Of a stretch of 64,000 nt of DNA, positions 10,201 to 19,550 are shown piece by piece. Position 1 is the first letter of the stretch, and the number at the start of each line of letters is the position of its first letter. Source of the stretch: Bacteroidales bacterium. GTDB lineage: Bacteria > Bacteroidota > Bacteroidia > Bacteroidales > FEN-979. The position numbers and the translations under genes are program-made. Under the pieces are notes generated by a model. It made no database searches. It worked only from the letters and a program-made list of their open reading frames with translations, and was not told the origin of the DNA. The DNA lies in contig JADHVQ010000002.1 in the NCBI GenBank assembly GCA_016783905.1, positions 6,599 to 70,598 of the forward strand. Direction: 5' to 3'.

Positions 10201-10852
10201 CACCATTTCCCGCAGTCTGAGCTGGATACTGGGTGGAGAGATCAAACTCACCAGTACCCCGGGTGAAGGCTCTACCTTCACGCTTTACCTGCCCGAGAAA
10301 GCAGATTTTGCCATAGGAAAACACCTCATTGAGGAGGATAAATCCCGGGAGCAGCGAAAAGAGAAAGAGCCGCTGGCCATATTTGAAGACGAACAGCCGG
10401 TGACGGTTCCGGAAGAGAAAGAAGAACCCAAAAAGACCACGAAATCGGACCAGAAAGAGAATAAATCCGACAAGGTTTTTGAGAATAAGAAGATCCTTAT
10501 CGTTGACGACGATATGCGGAATGTTTTCGTACTCACCAAGATCCTGGAAGATAAGAAAGTTCAGATTGTAGTGGGAAAAAATGGCCGCGACGGAATCGAT
10601 AAACTCGACCAGAACCCGGATACCTCTCTGGTGATCATGGATATCATGATGCCGGAACTGGATGGGTATGAGGCAATGCAGATCATCCGCAAGGATAAAC
10701 GTTTTGCAAAACTTCCTATGATCGCACTCACTGCCAAAGCGATGAAGGGAGACCGGGAGAAATGCATTCAGGCTGGGGCTAACGATTACCTGTCCAAGCC
10801 GGTACAGCCTGAGAAATTGCTTTCACTCCTCCGCGTCTGGATCCAGAAATAG
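7289..10852 (+). CDS. membrane hybrid sensor histidine kinase (Cache-like periplasmic domain, HAMP plus tandem HAMP-like repeats, GAF, coiled coil, HisKA-HATPase, REC)
   Basis: Two TM segments flank a loop of about 300 aa. Duplicated GDY[TS]..IP.RS.QDTLG blocks. H-box SHELRTPLNSI, GTGLGLTISRS, C-terminal REC (VIMDIMMPELDG). Confidence 0.85.
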   Translation: MWNKIKQKIHEYFPDFHWKTLKNLGIGKTMLLWFLAISLIPLASLSFINYLYYYQGLNILTKKSLFTTSQLRLNDLNNYFQQADNYLNFLAEDPEHMELFTRIDHEMKASGMSPSDFVSTAQYKTVARQLKYSFEKTWELEGLYNILMIDTDGTIVFSMKEQEIAGQNLNQATLANTLVSSTFKKILKSGSTLFADLEYFPPSNTIITGFLGLPIFDQQGRKMGVLGIQITTEQIDRIIQYSVGFGSTAKIYLIGLDLNLRSVSEYRNSEELLQQTEDNSKTRIWQASKINTSTSTPDGNPVLEEVTYYKNSDDVDVMGLFREIDYLEKLGTYWALVEEIGTFEAHVVGRALSTFAKISLVVTTLFVFIISLFVTRRFVTPIKSISAWAKQVAEGELVSKDIRVSEDEVGEMKHTFNRLVSSLQQYADVSQSIALGDYTKKIPIRSQQDTLGKSMNEMVESFKGVVKQAKAIASGDYSTNVIPRSDQDTLGISLFNMTKKLREASREIKNQDWLKTGLNELSLKSSGEQSIKDLSNGVLTFLAHYLDSHVGLLFVTGDQNHLNLTATFACDPEIKTFEFGNGVVGQVAKEKKSLIFSTASEELPSVNIGPSTEKPDHFIISPILFEGQVLGAIQLGSFYPFDEMKLQFLEMSLETIALAIHTARSRERVEQLLLKTQEQANELAEQKEELRQINEELEEQTKALRQSEENLQHQQEELRVINEELEERTKVLELQRDDIRKKNEALQHAQIEIRQKAEALEVASRYKSEFLANMSHELRTPLNSILALSELLASNKYKGMTKDEIEFANVINSSGKDLLELINDILDLSKVEAGKLELDIEDLYLEDLEDYVKKTFSPLTNKKRISLETKIEKGIPAFIETDPQRALQIIKNLLSNAIKFTDKGSVTFSIHRPDKDVSFSNPRLTLKNCLAFDVIDTGVGISADKVNVIFEAFQQADGTVSRKFGGTGLGLTISRSLSWILGGEIKLTSTPGEGSTFTLYLPEKADFAIGKHLIEEDKSREQRKEKEPLAIFEDEQPVTVPEEKEEPKKTTKSDQKENKSDKVFENKKILIVDDDMRNVFVLTKILEDKKVQIVVGKNGRDGIDKLDQNPDTSLVIMDIMMPELDGYEAMQIIRKDKRFAKLPMIALTAKAMKGDREKCIQAGANDYLSKPVQPEKLLSLLRVWIQK

Positions 10853-10860
10853 GGAGCTCA

Positions 10861-12306
10861 TTAAAATTTTGCCTGCAGCCGCAGGGTAAATACGTTTTGC
10901 GGGAATACATCAACACCAACCTTCTCATTGAATGGCATTTCATAGGCTACCTGGATTCTAAGGTTATCCGTAAAGAAGTAGTTCCATGCAAAGGTGAGTG
11001 TGTGGTACGTGATGTCGGAGGATCCGCTTTTCAGGCTGTTGGCCACTACATTTTTAGTGGTTTCGTTAAGGACGATCACAGGGTTGGTACCGTCGATGGT
11101 TGTAATGGTCTGTGCATCGGATGAGCCGTTGTTATACTTCACAACGCCAATCTGATCTCCCTTCAGTTTGGTATTGGGATCGTAGAAGTCCCAGCGGAAA
11201 GCAAACTGGTTGCGTTTCCCAATATTTTTAATCAGGTAGACATATCCCCCCATGAAGTTCCGGCGAATGGTAGGTTTGATTTCATTTGTATTGGTGGTGA
11301 AATAGGTCATGGTGAGGGTATCATTCGCCAGGGTTGTCTGCATCGGATCCTGAACCGAGAAGCTTCCAACGGCTCCCGGATAGGCATTGATACCCATCAT
11401 ATATTCAGCCTTGATGGCCATTCCGCCGAGGATATCCATGTAGAGTTGCATTTCGCCGCCAACCCAGTGACGATTAACACTCTGTCCGATAGTACCATTT
11501 TTATATAACGTATAATCACTGTTCAGCACTGTTGTCGAATTCGATTTCATCCAGCCGTAATAGCCATTCGCACCCACATCAAGGCCTCCAAAATTCCCCA
11601 GCGTGAAGTTGTAGGTCAGGCGGCCCATGATGTCTTTAAAAGGATCGAAATCAACGGCCCACGGGTTGATGTTCTCTCCATAGATATCGTCAATTACCAG
11701 GAACGCATTCCCGTTCAGAACCGCTAGTTGGAACTTAAGTGGAATGGTCGAAGGCGTCACCTCCAGTTTGGCGCCAACACCCCGCTCACCCGGATATAAT
11801 GTTCTAATAACGCGGGATCTCTCCGGTACTTCGCGCTTGCTCGATGAGTACTCCACCTCATAGTTAGGCCGGTTGAACTGACCAGCCCAGAGGGAGAAGG
11901 TCTTGATCCAGGGATCGTACAACGCTACATAGGCATCCTTGAGGAGTGCACCCCCGGTAAAGAAATCAGGTTGCAGAACGAAAACAACCCCTTCAACCGG
12001 TTTGTACTGAATGTTAATCCTGGCCCGGCGAATTATAAATGTATTATTCGCATACACAGATGGATCCTCAAAATGCATCCACTGCGCCTGGATGTACCCT
12101 GACAGCTTGATTTTTGTAAGTTTCTCCAGATTGTTTTCAGCAGCGGCTAACCGTTCCTCCACACCTGTTACCCTGTTACGCAACGTGGTGCTCTCTTTTT
12201 TAATGGAATCATTTTCCCCCTGGGCGAAGAGTTCTGCCCTGGGTAAAACGGAAGCAAAGCATATTAATACCACCAAAACCAGCTTGCTTTGTAATTTTTT
12301 AATCAT
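10861..12306 (-). CDS. outer-membrane porin, phosphate-selective porin O/P-like
   Basis: Signal peptide, N-terminal coiled coil (RVTGVEERLAAAENNLEKLTK) followed by KLSGYIQAQW, long beta-rich body, C-terminal F. Confidence 0.6.
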   Translation of the reverse strand: MIKKLQSKLVLVVLICFASVLPRAELFAQGENDSIKKESTTLRNRVTGVEERLAAAENNLEKLTKIKLSGYIQAQWMHFEDPSVYANNTFIIRRARINIQYKPVEGVVFVLQPDFFTGGALLKDAYVALYDPWIKTFSLWAGQFNRPNYEVEYSSSKREVPERSRVIRTLYPGERGVGAKLEVTPSTIPLKFQLAVLNGNAFLVIDDIYGENINPWAVDFDPFKDIMGRLTYNFTLGNFGGLDVGANGYYGWMKSNSTTVLNSDYTLYKNGTIGQSVNRHWVGGEMQLYMDILGGMAIKAEYMMGINAYPGAVGSFSVQDPMQTTLANDTLTMTYFTTNTNEIKPTIRRNFMGGYVYLIKNIGKRNQFAFRWDFYDPNTKLKGDQIGVVKYNNGSSDAQTITTIDGTNPVIVLNETTKNVVANSLKSGSSDITYHTLTFAWNYFFTDNLRIQVAYEMPFNEKVGVDVFPQNVFTLRLQAKF

Positions 12307-12327
12307 GATTTCAGGTTTTTGTTGCTG

Positions 12328-12335
12328 CAAAAGTA
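12328..12335 (-). promoter_or_regulatory. candidate -7 box TACTTTTG, 21 nt upstream of ATG 12306
   Basis: Plus strand reads caaaagta. Confidence 0.4.
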
Positions 12336-12405
12336 AGGCAAGACTTTCACCTGAATGTTACGGAAATATTAACGGAATATTAAATAATTGTTAACGGCAA
12401 TACCC

Positions 12406-14664
12406 CTAAATCCCCTTCCTCTTCAGCCGAAGGCTGTTGGTGACGACGCTCACGGAACTGAAGGCCATGGCAGCTCCGGCGATCATGGGATTAAGCAGGA
12501 AGCCGAACAGCGGGTAGAGGATCCCGGCTGCAATGGGGATACTGACGGTATTGTAGAAAAAGGCCCAGAAGAGGTTTTGTTTGATGGTACGCTTGGTGGC
12601 ATGGGAGAGTCGGATGGCACTGACCAGTTTCTGAAGATCACCCTTGATCAAAATCATTTGTGCAGTTTCGATGGCAATATCGGTTCCTTGTCCCATGGCA
12701 ATACCGATATCGGCCAGGGCCAGGGCCGGAGAGTCGTTGATGCCATCACCAGCCATGGCTACCCTCTTCCCTTGATCCTTCAGGTTTTTAATATAGTTCG
12801 ATTTCTCAGCAGGTGTAGCCTCTGCTTTGTAAAAATCAACACCGGCCTGTGATGCGATCTGTGAGGATATGGCTACGCTGTCACCTGTAAGCATGTGTAC
12901 CTCCAATCCCATCTCCTTCAGCTCTTTGATGGCCGTAACCGAACTCTCTTTTATGGTATCTGCAACGGCAACCAGAGCAATAACATGCCTGGAACGGGCA
13001 ATGTAGATGATCGACCGGGCCTCTTTCCGGAGCCTGGTCTCCTCCCTGACAAGCTCTCCCTCCAGATGACAGTTCTTCTCCAGAATATAGGATCTGCTTC
13101 CAATGTAGTAGGTGTCCTTGTGGTAAAAGGCCGACACTCCTTTTCCGGTATGGCTCTCAAATCCTACTACTTCCTCTGTCAGACCGGAAGCCTGTTCCTT
13201 AAAATAATCAACCAGCGCTGCAGCGAACGGATGTTCTGATAGACGTTCGATAGAGACAATGGCGTTGGTTATTTCGATCCGGGATCCGGGATCCTGGATT
13301 CTGGATCCCCAGGTCACTTCAACAACTTCCGGTTTGCCCACAGTTATCGTCCCCGTTTTGTCAAAAACAATGGTGTCGACCTGGCAGATGGTCTCCAGGC
13401 TGGTGGCATCGCGGACCAGGATTCCGTGTTCCGCGGCTTTGCCCAGCCCAACCATCAGGGCGGTAGGGGTAGCCAGTCCCAGGGCGCAGGGACAGGCGAT
13501 GATGAGGACTGTGACGGCAGCAACGATGGCAAACTGCAGCGTTCCTCCGCTCGCTGTGACAAGGATGCTGGATCCGGGAAAAAAAAGTAACCACCCAAAG
13601 AATGTGATCACTGCGATCCCAATGACTACCGGGACAAAGATGGATGCAATCTTGTCCACCAGTTGCTGAATCGGGGCTTTGCTCCCCTGGGCCTCCTGGA
13701 CTAACCGGATGATCTGGGCCAGTATTGTTTCGCTGCTTACTTTTTCGGCCCGCATCCGGATACTTCCGGTCTGGTTAATGGTAGCTCCAATCACCGGATC
13801 GCCGGCTCGTTTTGTTACAGGAACTGATTCCCCGGTGATCATGCTTTCGTCCACCGAACTATGGCCATCAACCACCAGGCCATCTACCGGGATCTTTTCG
13901 CCCGGCCGGATCAGCAGGATATCTCCCCTCCTCACCTCGCCAATCGCTACCTCCATCTCTGTTCCCTCTCGTATCACCCGGGCTTGTTTCACCCCCAGGT
14001 TCATCAGTTTTCGTATGGCTGAGCCGGTGCGAATTTTCGCACGCTCCTCAAGGTACCTTCCAAGCAGGATGAAAGAGATGATTACCACTGCTGCTTCATA
14101 ATAGACATGCGGTTCCAGTCCTCTCGAGAGTAACCAGGAAGGAAAGATCGTATTGACGGCACTGAAGAGAAAAGCCACACCCGTTCCCATAGCCACCAGG
14201 GTATCCATGTTGGCCGAGAAGTGGAGAAGCCGATTCCAGGCAATGACAAAAAAATCGCGGCCAAACCAGGCCAGGACCGGGATGGAGAGCCCCATCATGA
14301 TCCAGTTGGCATAAGGGATCTTTTGGTGAAAGAACATGGCGATCAGGAATACCGGGATAGAAAAAATCACGGCAAAGAGGGTATTGAATCGTAGCCATTT
14401 TAACCGCTTTTTCTCCGAATCCTCTTCCTGTTCAACAGTGATTTCTGGAGTTATAATCAGTTCATAACCAATATCACGAACCGCCTTCTCCATCGTTTCC
14501 GGTTTTACTCTGTCCGTATCAAACTCAACCAGCACATTACCAGCCGCAAAGTTGACCTGGGCCAATTGAACCCCATCCAGCGAGCCCAGCATACTCTGGA
14601 CGCTAGAAGCACAGGAGGCACACGACATCCCAACAACCCGAAAAATTTCCTTAGTAACTGTCAT
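12406..14664 (-). CDS. copA: copper-translocating P1B-type ATPase
   Basis: N-terminal HMA motif [13 protein letters not shown] ([11 protein letters not shown]), DKTGT, GDGIND, YN in TM7 and MAFSS (MxxSS) in TM8, which is typical of Cu(I) pumps. Confidence 0.9.
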   Translation of the reverse strand: MTVTKEIFRVVGMSCASCASSVQSMLGSLDGVQLAQVNFAAGNVLVEFDTDRVKPETMEKAVRDIGYELIITPEITVEQEEDSEKKRLKWLRFNTLFAVIFSIPVFLIAMFFHQKIPYANWIMMGLSIPVLAWFGRDFFVIAWNRLLHFSANMDTLVAMGTGVAFLFSAVNTIFPSWLLSRGLEPHVYYEAAVVIISFILLGRYLEERAKIRTGSAIRKLMNLGVKQARVIREGTEMEVAIGEVRRGDILLIRPGEKIPVDGLVVDGHSSVDESMITGESVPVTKRAGDPVIGATINQTGSIRMRAEKVSSETILAQIIRLVQEAQGSKAPIQQLVDKIASIFVPVVIGIAVITFFGWLLFFPGSSILVTASGGTLQFAIVAAVTVLIIACPCALGLATPTALMVGLGKAAEHGILVRDATSLETICQVDTIVFDKTGTITVGKPEVVEVTWGSRIQDPGSRIEITNAIVSIERLSEHPFAAALVDYFKEQASGLTEEVVGFESHTGKGVSAFYHKDTYYIGSRSYILEKNCHLEGELVREETRLRKEARSIIYIARSRHVIALVAVADTIKESSVTAIKELKEMGLEVHMLTGDSVAISSQIASQAGVDFYKAEATPAEKSNYIKNLKDQGKRVAMAGDGINDSPALALADIGIAMGQGTDIAIETAQMILIKGDLQKLVSAIRLSHATKRTIKQNLFWAFFYNTVSIPIAAGILYPLFGFLLNPMIAGAAMAFSSVSVVTNSLRLKRKGI

Positions 14665-14671
14665 CTCCGTG

Positions 14672-14679
14672 CAAATTTA
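14672..14679 (-). promoter_or_regulatory. candidate -7 box TAAATTTG, only 7 nt upstream of the copA ATG
   Basis: Plus strand reads caaattta, directly downstream of the terminator T-run. Confidence 0.35.
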
Positions 14680-14683
14680 ACCT

Positions 14684-14724
14684 AAAAAAAAGACCCACTT
14701 GACCGTAAAAACGGTAAATGGGCC
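14684..14724 (-). terminator. rho-independent terminator after the lipoprotein gene
   Basis: Minus strand: GGCCCATTTACCG-TTTTTA-CGGTCAAGTGGGTC followed by T8. About 13 bp of stem, including 2 G-U pairs and one bulge. Confidence 0.6.
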
Positions 14725-14747
14725 TCCATTTCAATCATTTAAAACGA

Positions 14748-15167
14748 CTACAGAAGCTCGTACCTGGTAGTCTGAGTAAAACTCTCCCCCGTATGGCTTC
14801 CGCTGCGGATATACCCCTTGATGGTAAAGTCCCATTTCCCGCATGCATAGAGAAACTTATCTTCATCATAAAGGTAGATGGACTGATTCTGGTTGAAGAT
14901 TTCACCTCCACCGCTAAACGTTACGGTTCCAAAGGGTCCTGCAACCATAATTGAAGTAATTTCAACTGCATCTGATGTGCATTTCAGCTCAAAGTAGAGA
15001 AATGAATAACCACTTGATGTGTACTCGAAGCCTTGGGCAATAAAGGAAGGTTTATAAGCAGGAGGAACCCACTCATCATGCGTGTCTTTCTTCTTGCATC
15101 CCCCCATGGTCATTGACACTCCAATGATGAAGATTCCGATCAGTGAAAATAGTGTTGTCTTTTTCAT
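14748..15167 (-). CDS. lipoprotein of unknown function
   Basis: Lipobox-type signal MKKTTLFSLIGIFIIGVSMTMGGC. I recognise no other domain. Confidence 0.6.
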   Translation of the reverse strand: MKKTTLFSLIGIFIIGVSMTMGGCKKKDTHDEWVPPAYKPSFIAQGFEYTSSGYSFLYFELKCTSDAVEITSIMVAGPFGTVTFSGGGEIFNQNQSIYLYDEDKFLYACGKWDFTIKGYIRSGSHTGESFTQTTRYELL

Positions 15168-15205
15168 GGTTTCAAAAATTTATATTTCGAAACGAAGATA
15201 CCACT

Positions 15206-15270
15206 GGAAATTGGCCTTCTCCAAGGGAAATCCGGATCCGTACAGGGATATTGATTAACTGAGGGGAAAT
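15206..15270. promoter_or_regulatory. three phased GGAAAT direct repeats (15206, 15226, 15265); candidate LytTR-type binding sites
   Basis: The first two sites read CCAnnGGAAAT and start 20 bp apart. The third starts 39 bp further on. They lie between the LytTR regulator stop and the lipoprotein gene start. Confidence 0.25.
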
Positions 15271-15283
15271 TTCTAGGATTTGC

Positions 15284-16045
15284 TCAGCCGGAAAGCAATT
15301 TGAGGAAGGTCTCTTTACGACGGGAGGATACCGGAACCCTCTCCTTATTCTTCATCACCACGGCACCACCCAGCCCTTTGGCATACGACTCAACATACGC
15401 CATGTTGATCACATGGGATTGGTGGACCCTGAAGAAGCCATAGGGGCTCAGAAGTTCTTCAAACTCCTTGAGTGTTTTGGAGATAATGATCTTTTCGCGG
15501 TCCAGGAAATAGATCTTTGTGTAGTTCTCATCGGATTCACATCGCAGGATCTCTTCCACATTGATGACGTATACGTTGGTGGCTGTATTGAGAACGATCT
15601 TCCGGGGAGGGCGGTTTTTCTCTTCTGTATTCTCGGCATAGGACTTCAGCTTCAGAATAAGATCTTCCTTTCTCGACTTCACCGCCCGCTCTACGGCTGC
15701 AACTAGTTCATCGGGTTTTACCGGTTTCAGGATGTAATCGAGAGCGCTGAATTTGATGGCTTGCAGAGCATACTGCTCATGAGCTGTAATGAAGATCACG
15801 GCAAAATCAATCTCGTTGAGCTTTCGCAACAGATCAAAACCGGTGCCGTCAGGCATCTCCACATCCAGCAATACCAGATCGGGTTCCATTTTTGCAATGG
15901 CGATTACACCTGATATTACTCCCTCTGCCTCCCCCACAACCCGAACCTCCTTACAATATATGGAGAGCATATTCCGGATCGCCTGCCGGGCATTTGACTC
16001 ATCATCAACGATTATGGCCTTTATTAAATTTGCCATTCGCATCAA
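15284..16045 (-). CDS. LytTR-family response regulator
   Basis: REC domain (IKAIIVDDE, LVLLDVEMPDGTG) plus C-terminal LytTR domain (FFRVHQSHVINMAYV). Confidence 0.9.
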   Translation of the reverse strand: MMRMANLIKAIIVDDESNARQAIRNMLSIYCKEVRVVGEAEGVISGVIAIAKMEPDLVLLDVEMPDGTGFDLLRKLNEIDFAVIFITAHEQYALQAIKFSALDYILKPVKPDELVAAVERAVKSRKEDLILKLKSYAENTEEKNRPPRKIVLNTATNVYVINVEEILRCESDENYTKIYFLDREKIIISKTLKEFEELLSPYGFFRVHQSHVINMAYVESYAKGLGGAVVMKNKERVPVSSRRKETFLKLLSG

Positions 16046-16059
16046 TTTACCTTACAAAA

Positions 16060-19000
16060 TTACCCATTTGATTTGACATTTCCATGCGAAATATAATCCA
16101 TGTAAGGAATGCTGAATTTTACCTTGGTGCCCTGCTCATTATTCCCTTCCGATGCCCGGTCGGAAATTTCAAAACGTATCTTTTGATGCAGGTCCCTGTT
16201 TAAAAGGTCGATCCGTTCCCTTGTGATCTCCAGGGCCAGGGATTTATACTTATGCTGATTCCCATGCTTCAGCTCTTTGGATCGCGTCATGCCAATGCCA
16301 TCATCTTTAACTTCAAACAGAATCATCTCTTGTTTAAGGCTGAAACTGATCCATATCTGACCTTTTCCCCCCTGATGGCGCAGTCCGTGCTCCAGAGCAT
16401 TTTCAATAAATGGTTGAGCCAGCATGGGTGGAACTGCGGTGAGTTCCACATCGATCTCAGGATCTACCGTCAGGACATAATGAAATGCATGATTGAACCG
16501 CAGGGATTGCAGGTCGAGGTACAATTTGATGGTCTCGATTTCTTTCTCCAGTGAGATGTACTCTTCCCGGGAGTTGTTGAGAATCAAACGGATCAGATGG
16601 GCAAACTCTGACAGGTACCTGCCTGCCTGATCAGCTTTTTGTTCATAAATGTAGTTTTGAATTGCAAAAAGAGAATTGAAGATAAAGTGGGGATTCATCT
16701 GGGAACGAAGCAGTTTTTGCTTCAATTCAAGTGTCCGGCTTCGTAGTTTCAACTGCTTTTCACGGATCTTGAATGCCAATGCAATCAGTGATAGGATCAC
16801 CAGGATCTCCAACATATAGAACCACCATGTTTTCCAAATAGGAGGCCGGATCCTAATGGCAACCGAGGTAATCCCCAACGGCTCATTTCCATCCTGCTCA
16901 AGGATGCCTACTTCGAATGTGTAGGAACCCGGTGGAACACTGGTATAGGTGGCTCGCCTGTTTTTGGCACCGGTCCGATGCCAGGTATGTTCCAGCGGTT
17001 TCAATTGGTAGGCATAAGCAACACCCTCGGGTTGAATATGTCCGGGTGTGGCAAATTCAAATGAAAAAAAGTTTTCATCATAGGGAAGTTCAATGAAACT
17101 GATTTCACAAAGATCTGGCAGCCGGAGCTGGTCAAATACCCGGAAGTTTTGGATTACAGCCTTTAAATAATCCTGGCGAAACGTGATGCTGTCGGGGTGA
17201 AACATGTTGAATCCATTGGCCCCACCAAAGATCAACTCCCCAGAGGCAAGCCGAGTATGTGCCCTTGAAAATGAGTTCTCCTGTAATCCATCCTCTACAG
17301 AAAAGTTCTGAAACGTCTCTTTCAAGGGGTCAAATTTTGACAATCCATTGCGCGTGCTGATCCAAAGGTTCCCATGCCGATCCAACTCCATCCCCATAAC
17401 CGAATTGTCCGATAATCCTTCTCTCTGGGTATAATGGGTAATGGTTCCCGTTTCAGGATTCAACCTGCTGATGCCCGTTCCGCCAATCCAGATCGTACCG
17501 TTCCTATCTTCCAAAATTGAATTAACCACCGGTCCCAATAAACCGCTTGAATCTCCCTCCACAAAACCGTAATGCTTTGTTGTTCCCGTTGAGGGATCAA
17601 GAAATTGCAATCCAACGGTGGATGTTCCTAGCCAAAGTCGTCCCTTGCTGTCCGTGAAGAGGTCGTTGATCAGCCGGGAGCCTTCTATGGGGGTGAATTT
17701 TTCTTTCAGACTCCCGAGAAAACTACCCCGCTCCCTGTCAAATAGTGTCAATCCCGGCCCACCCCAGAAACCGAGGTAAAAGTTCCCCAGGCTATCTTCA
17801 GCAAAGTCGTTGTACCAGTCCTGCTTCAGGTTGGCCGGGTTGAATCGCCAGGTACGGAACAATGAACGTTTCCGGTCGAACCGCTGAAAACCAACACCCG
17901 CCCATAAACCGATCCAGAGTCTCCCCTCTTTATCTTCGTACAGACAGGAAACTTTATCTGAGCCCAAGCTATTCGGATTCTCAGGATCATGCCGGAAAGA
18001 GGTAAATTCCTTCGTTTTCGGATCCAGCCTGTTCAATCCCTCTCCCATGGTGGCAATCCAGATGAAACCCAGATGATCCTCCAAAACGGCCGATACACGG
18101 TTGGAAGAGAGGGTGCCAGAATTCCCGGGAATGTGTCTGTAATGTTCAAAAGGATAAGATTTTCGGGCGACGCGGTTAATGCCGTTGGCAGTCCCGATCC
18201 AGATGGTCCCCTGCCGGTCCACGAAAACCTTATTGATCTCATTGGATGAAATGGAGAAGGGATTGTCAGGTTCAGCAGTAAATTCTACCAGTTCATCCGT
18301 GTGCGGATCATATTGAAATAATCCGTGACCTGTACCGAACCAAATCATCCCTTGGATATCTTCCACCATTGACCAGGTGGAGGTTGAGAGGACTTTTCTG
18401 AACTCCTCCTTTTCCCTATCCAGCAAATAGACTCCATCCACACCAGACACCCAGAAATTCCCATGAGAATCCTCCAGGTAGGCTGCAACATCACGCTCCC
18501 GTTTCCCGGTGGGACTGGTTTCATTTGCAAGGATGGTGTAGAACTCCTGTCGGTTCCGGTTAAAATAAATGATCCCGAGACTTCTTCCTCCTATCCACAG
18601 CCTGCCAGCACAGTCTTCATAGATTGTATGGTAATGATATTCAGGCTGATCAGGTTGCTGATGCGGATACCTTTGAATCTCTTCCGTCAGGAGATCCATG
18701 GAATGCAGGGTGCCGTTGAAGGTTTCGATCCAGAGAATGGAATCCGAAGTTACGTATAAGGCACGTATATGATTTCCTGAGAGAGAAGTTGTATCGGACG
18801 GACAATGCACATAATGCTGAAAAGAGTTCTTTTTCCTGTCGTATCTGTTCAGTCCCCGGTCGGTTCCGATCCACAAGTTCCCAAACGGGTCTTCAGTCAT
18901 GCACTCAACCAGGTTCGAAGATAAAGAGAGGGAATCTCCCGGTGTATTACGGAAAACCTGGAAGGAGTACCCATCAAATTTATTCAGTCCGTTGAGCGTC

Positions 19001-19194
19001 CCAAACCAGATATAGCCGTATCGGTCCTGGCAAATGGAAATGACCTCCTGATCACTCAATCCGTTTCGGGTGGAAATATGATCAAACTGGACCAGGGGAT
19101 CCTTTCTGATCTCAGGTTTACCGGGAAAAAGTTGGGAGAATAGAGGGAATGATGATAGCAGACACCAAATCAGAAGGATAAGCTTTGTACCCAT
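16060..19194 (-). CDS. sensor histidine kinase with two-component-regulator propeller repeats, Y_Y_Y domain, one TM segment, LytS-type His_kinase plus HATPase
   Basis: Many repeats of the form G.LWIGT..GL..(Y/F)D, TM WWFYMLEILVILSLIALAF, NPHFIFNSL H-box, GIGM ATPase motif. Start set at MGTKLILLIW (19194). Confidence 0.85.
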   Translation of the reverse strand: MGTKLILLIWCLLSSFPLFSQLFPGKPEIRKDPLVQFDHISTRNGLSDQEVISICQDRYGYIWFGTLNGLNKFDGYSFQVFRNTPGDSLSLSSNLVECMTEDPFGNLWIGTDRGLNRYDRKKNSFQHYVHCPSDTTSLSGNHIRALYVTSDSILWIETFNGTLHSMDLLTEEIQRYPHQQPDQPEYHYHTIYEDCAGRLWIGGRSLGIIYFNRNRQEFYTILANETSPTGKRERDVAAYLEDSHGNFWVSGVDGVYLLDREKEEFRKVLSTSTWSMVEDIQGMIWFGTGHGLFQYDPHTDELVEFTAEPDNPFSISSNEINKVFVDRQGTIWIGTANGINRVARKSYPFEHYRHIPGNSGTLSSNRVSAVLEDHLGFIWIATMGEGLNRLDPKTKEFTSFRHDPENPNSLGSDKVSCLYEDKEGRLWIGLWAGVGFQRFDRKRSLFRTWRFNPANLKQDWYNDFAEDSLGNFYLGFWGGPGLTLFDRERGSFLGSLKEKFTPIEGSRLINDLFTDSKGRLWLGTSTVGLQFLDPSTGTTKHYGFVEGDSSGLLGPVVNSILEDRNGTIWIGGTGISRLNPETGTITHYTQREGLSDNSVMGMELDRHGNLWISTRNGLSKFDPLKETFQNFSVEDGLQENSFSRAHTRLASGELIFGGANGFNMFHPDSITFRQDYLKAVIQNFRVFDQLRLPDLCEISFIELPYDENFFSFEFATPGHIQPEGVAYAYQLKPLEHTWHRTGAKNRRATYTSVPPGSYTFEVGILEQDGNEPLGITSVAIRIRPPIWKTWWFYMLEILVILSLIALAFKIREKQLKLRSRTLELKQKLLRSQMNPHFIFNSLFAIQNYIYEQKADQAGRYLSEFAHLIRLILNNSREEYISLEKEIETIKLYLDLQSLRFNHAFHYVLTVDPEIDVELTAVPPMLAQPFIENALEHGLRHQGGKGQIWISFSLKQEMILFEVKDDGIGMTRSKELKHGNQHKYKSLALEITRERIDLLNRDLHQKIRFEISDRASEGNNEQGTKVKFSIPYMDYISHGNVKSNG

Positions 19195-19361
19195 AACTAT
19201 TACAACTTCCGCATAAAGATAAACAGACTTTCCCGAAATGAAAAATCCCTGCCAAATCAGGCAAGGATTTCTCATCAATATGTTTCACCGGTTTAATAAT
19301 TTAGCTGTCTCAACCAATCGGATGAAATCGCGGCGATAGCCAAACCTGTCTGTTCCTGCAG

Positions 19362-19550
19362 ATGCATTGGCAAAGACCAGGGGCTGCCATGTATGGTATA
19401 GCCCCCAACATGATGGCTCAGGCAATGAAGCTGTATGATGAGCATAACTACCCGGAAGCGGCACAATTATTCCGGGATGTGATCAGCCGGGATCCTGAAA
19501 ACGAGTATTATAAACAAGCCACTGAGTTAAAGGCAAAAATTACCTTTTAG
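19362..19550 (+). CDS. small ORF with a TPR-like segment; possibly a remnant, doubtful
   Basis: AMKLYDEHNYPEAAQLFRDVISRDPENEYY resembles a single TPR. No RBS or promoter evidence. Overlaps the 3' end of the neighbouring gene. Confidence 0.2.
   Translation: MHWQRPGAAMYGIAPNMMAQAMKLYDEHNYPEAAQLFRDVISRDPENEYYKQATELKAKITF

Noticed and set aside
12340-12400. Repeated TTAACGG/TTACGG words (gttacggaaatattaacggaatattaaataattgttaacgg) between copA and the porin gene.
   Set aside because: The words are short and AT-rich, with irregular spacing, and lie upstream of the candidate -7 box. They are not strong enough to call a site. I mention them only for completeness.
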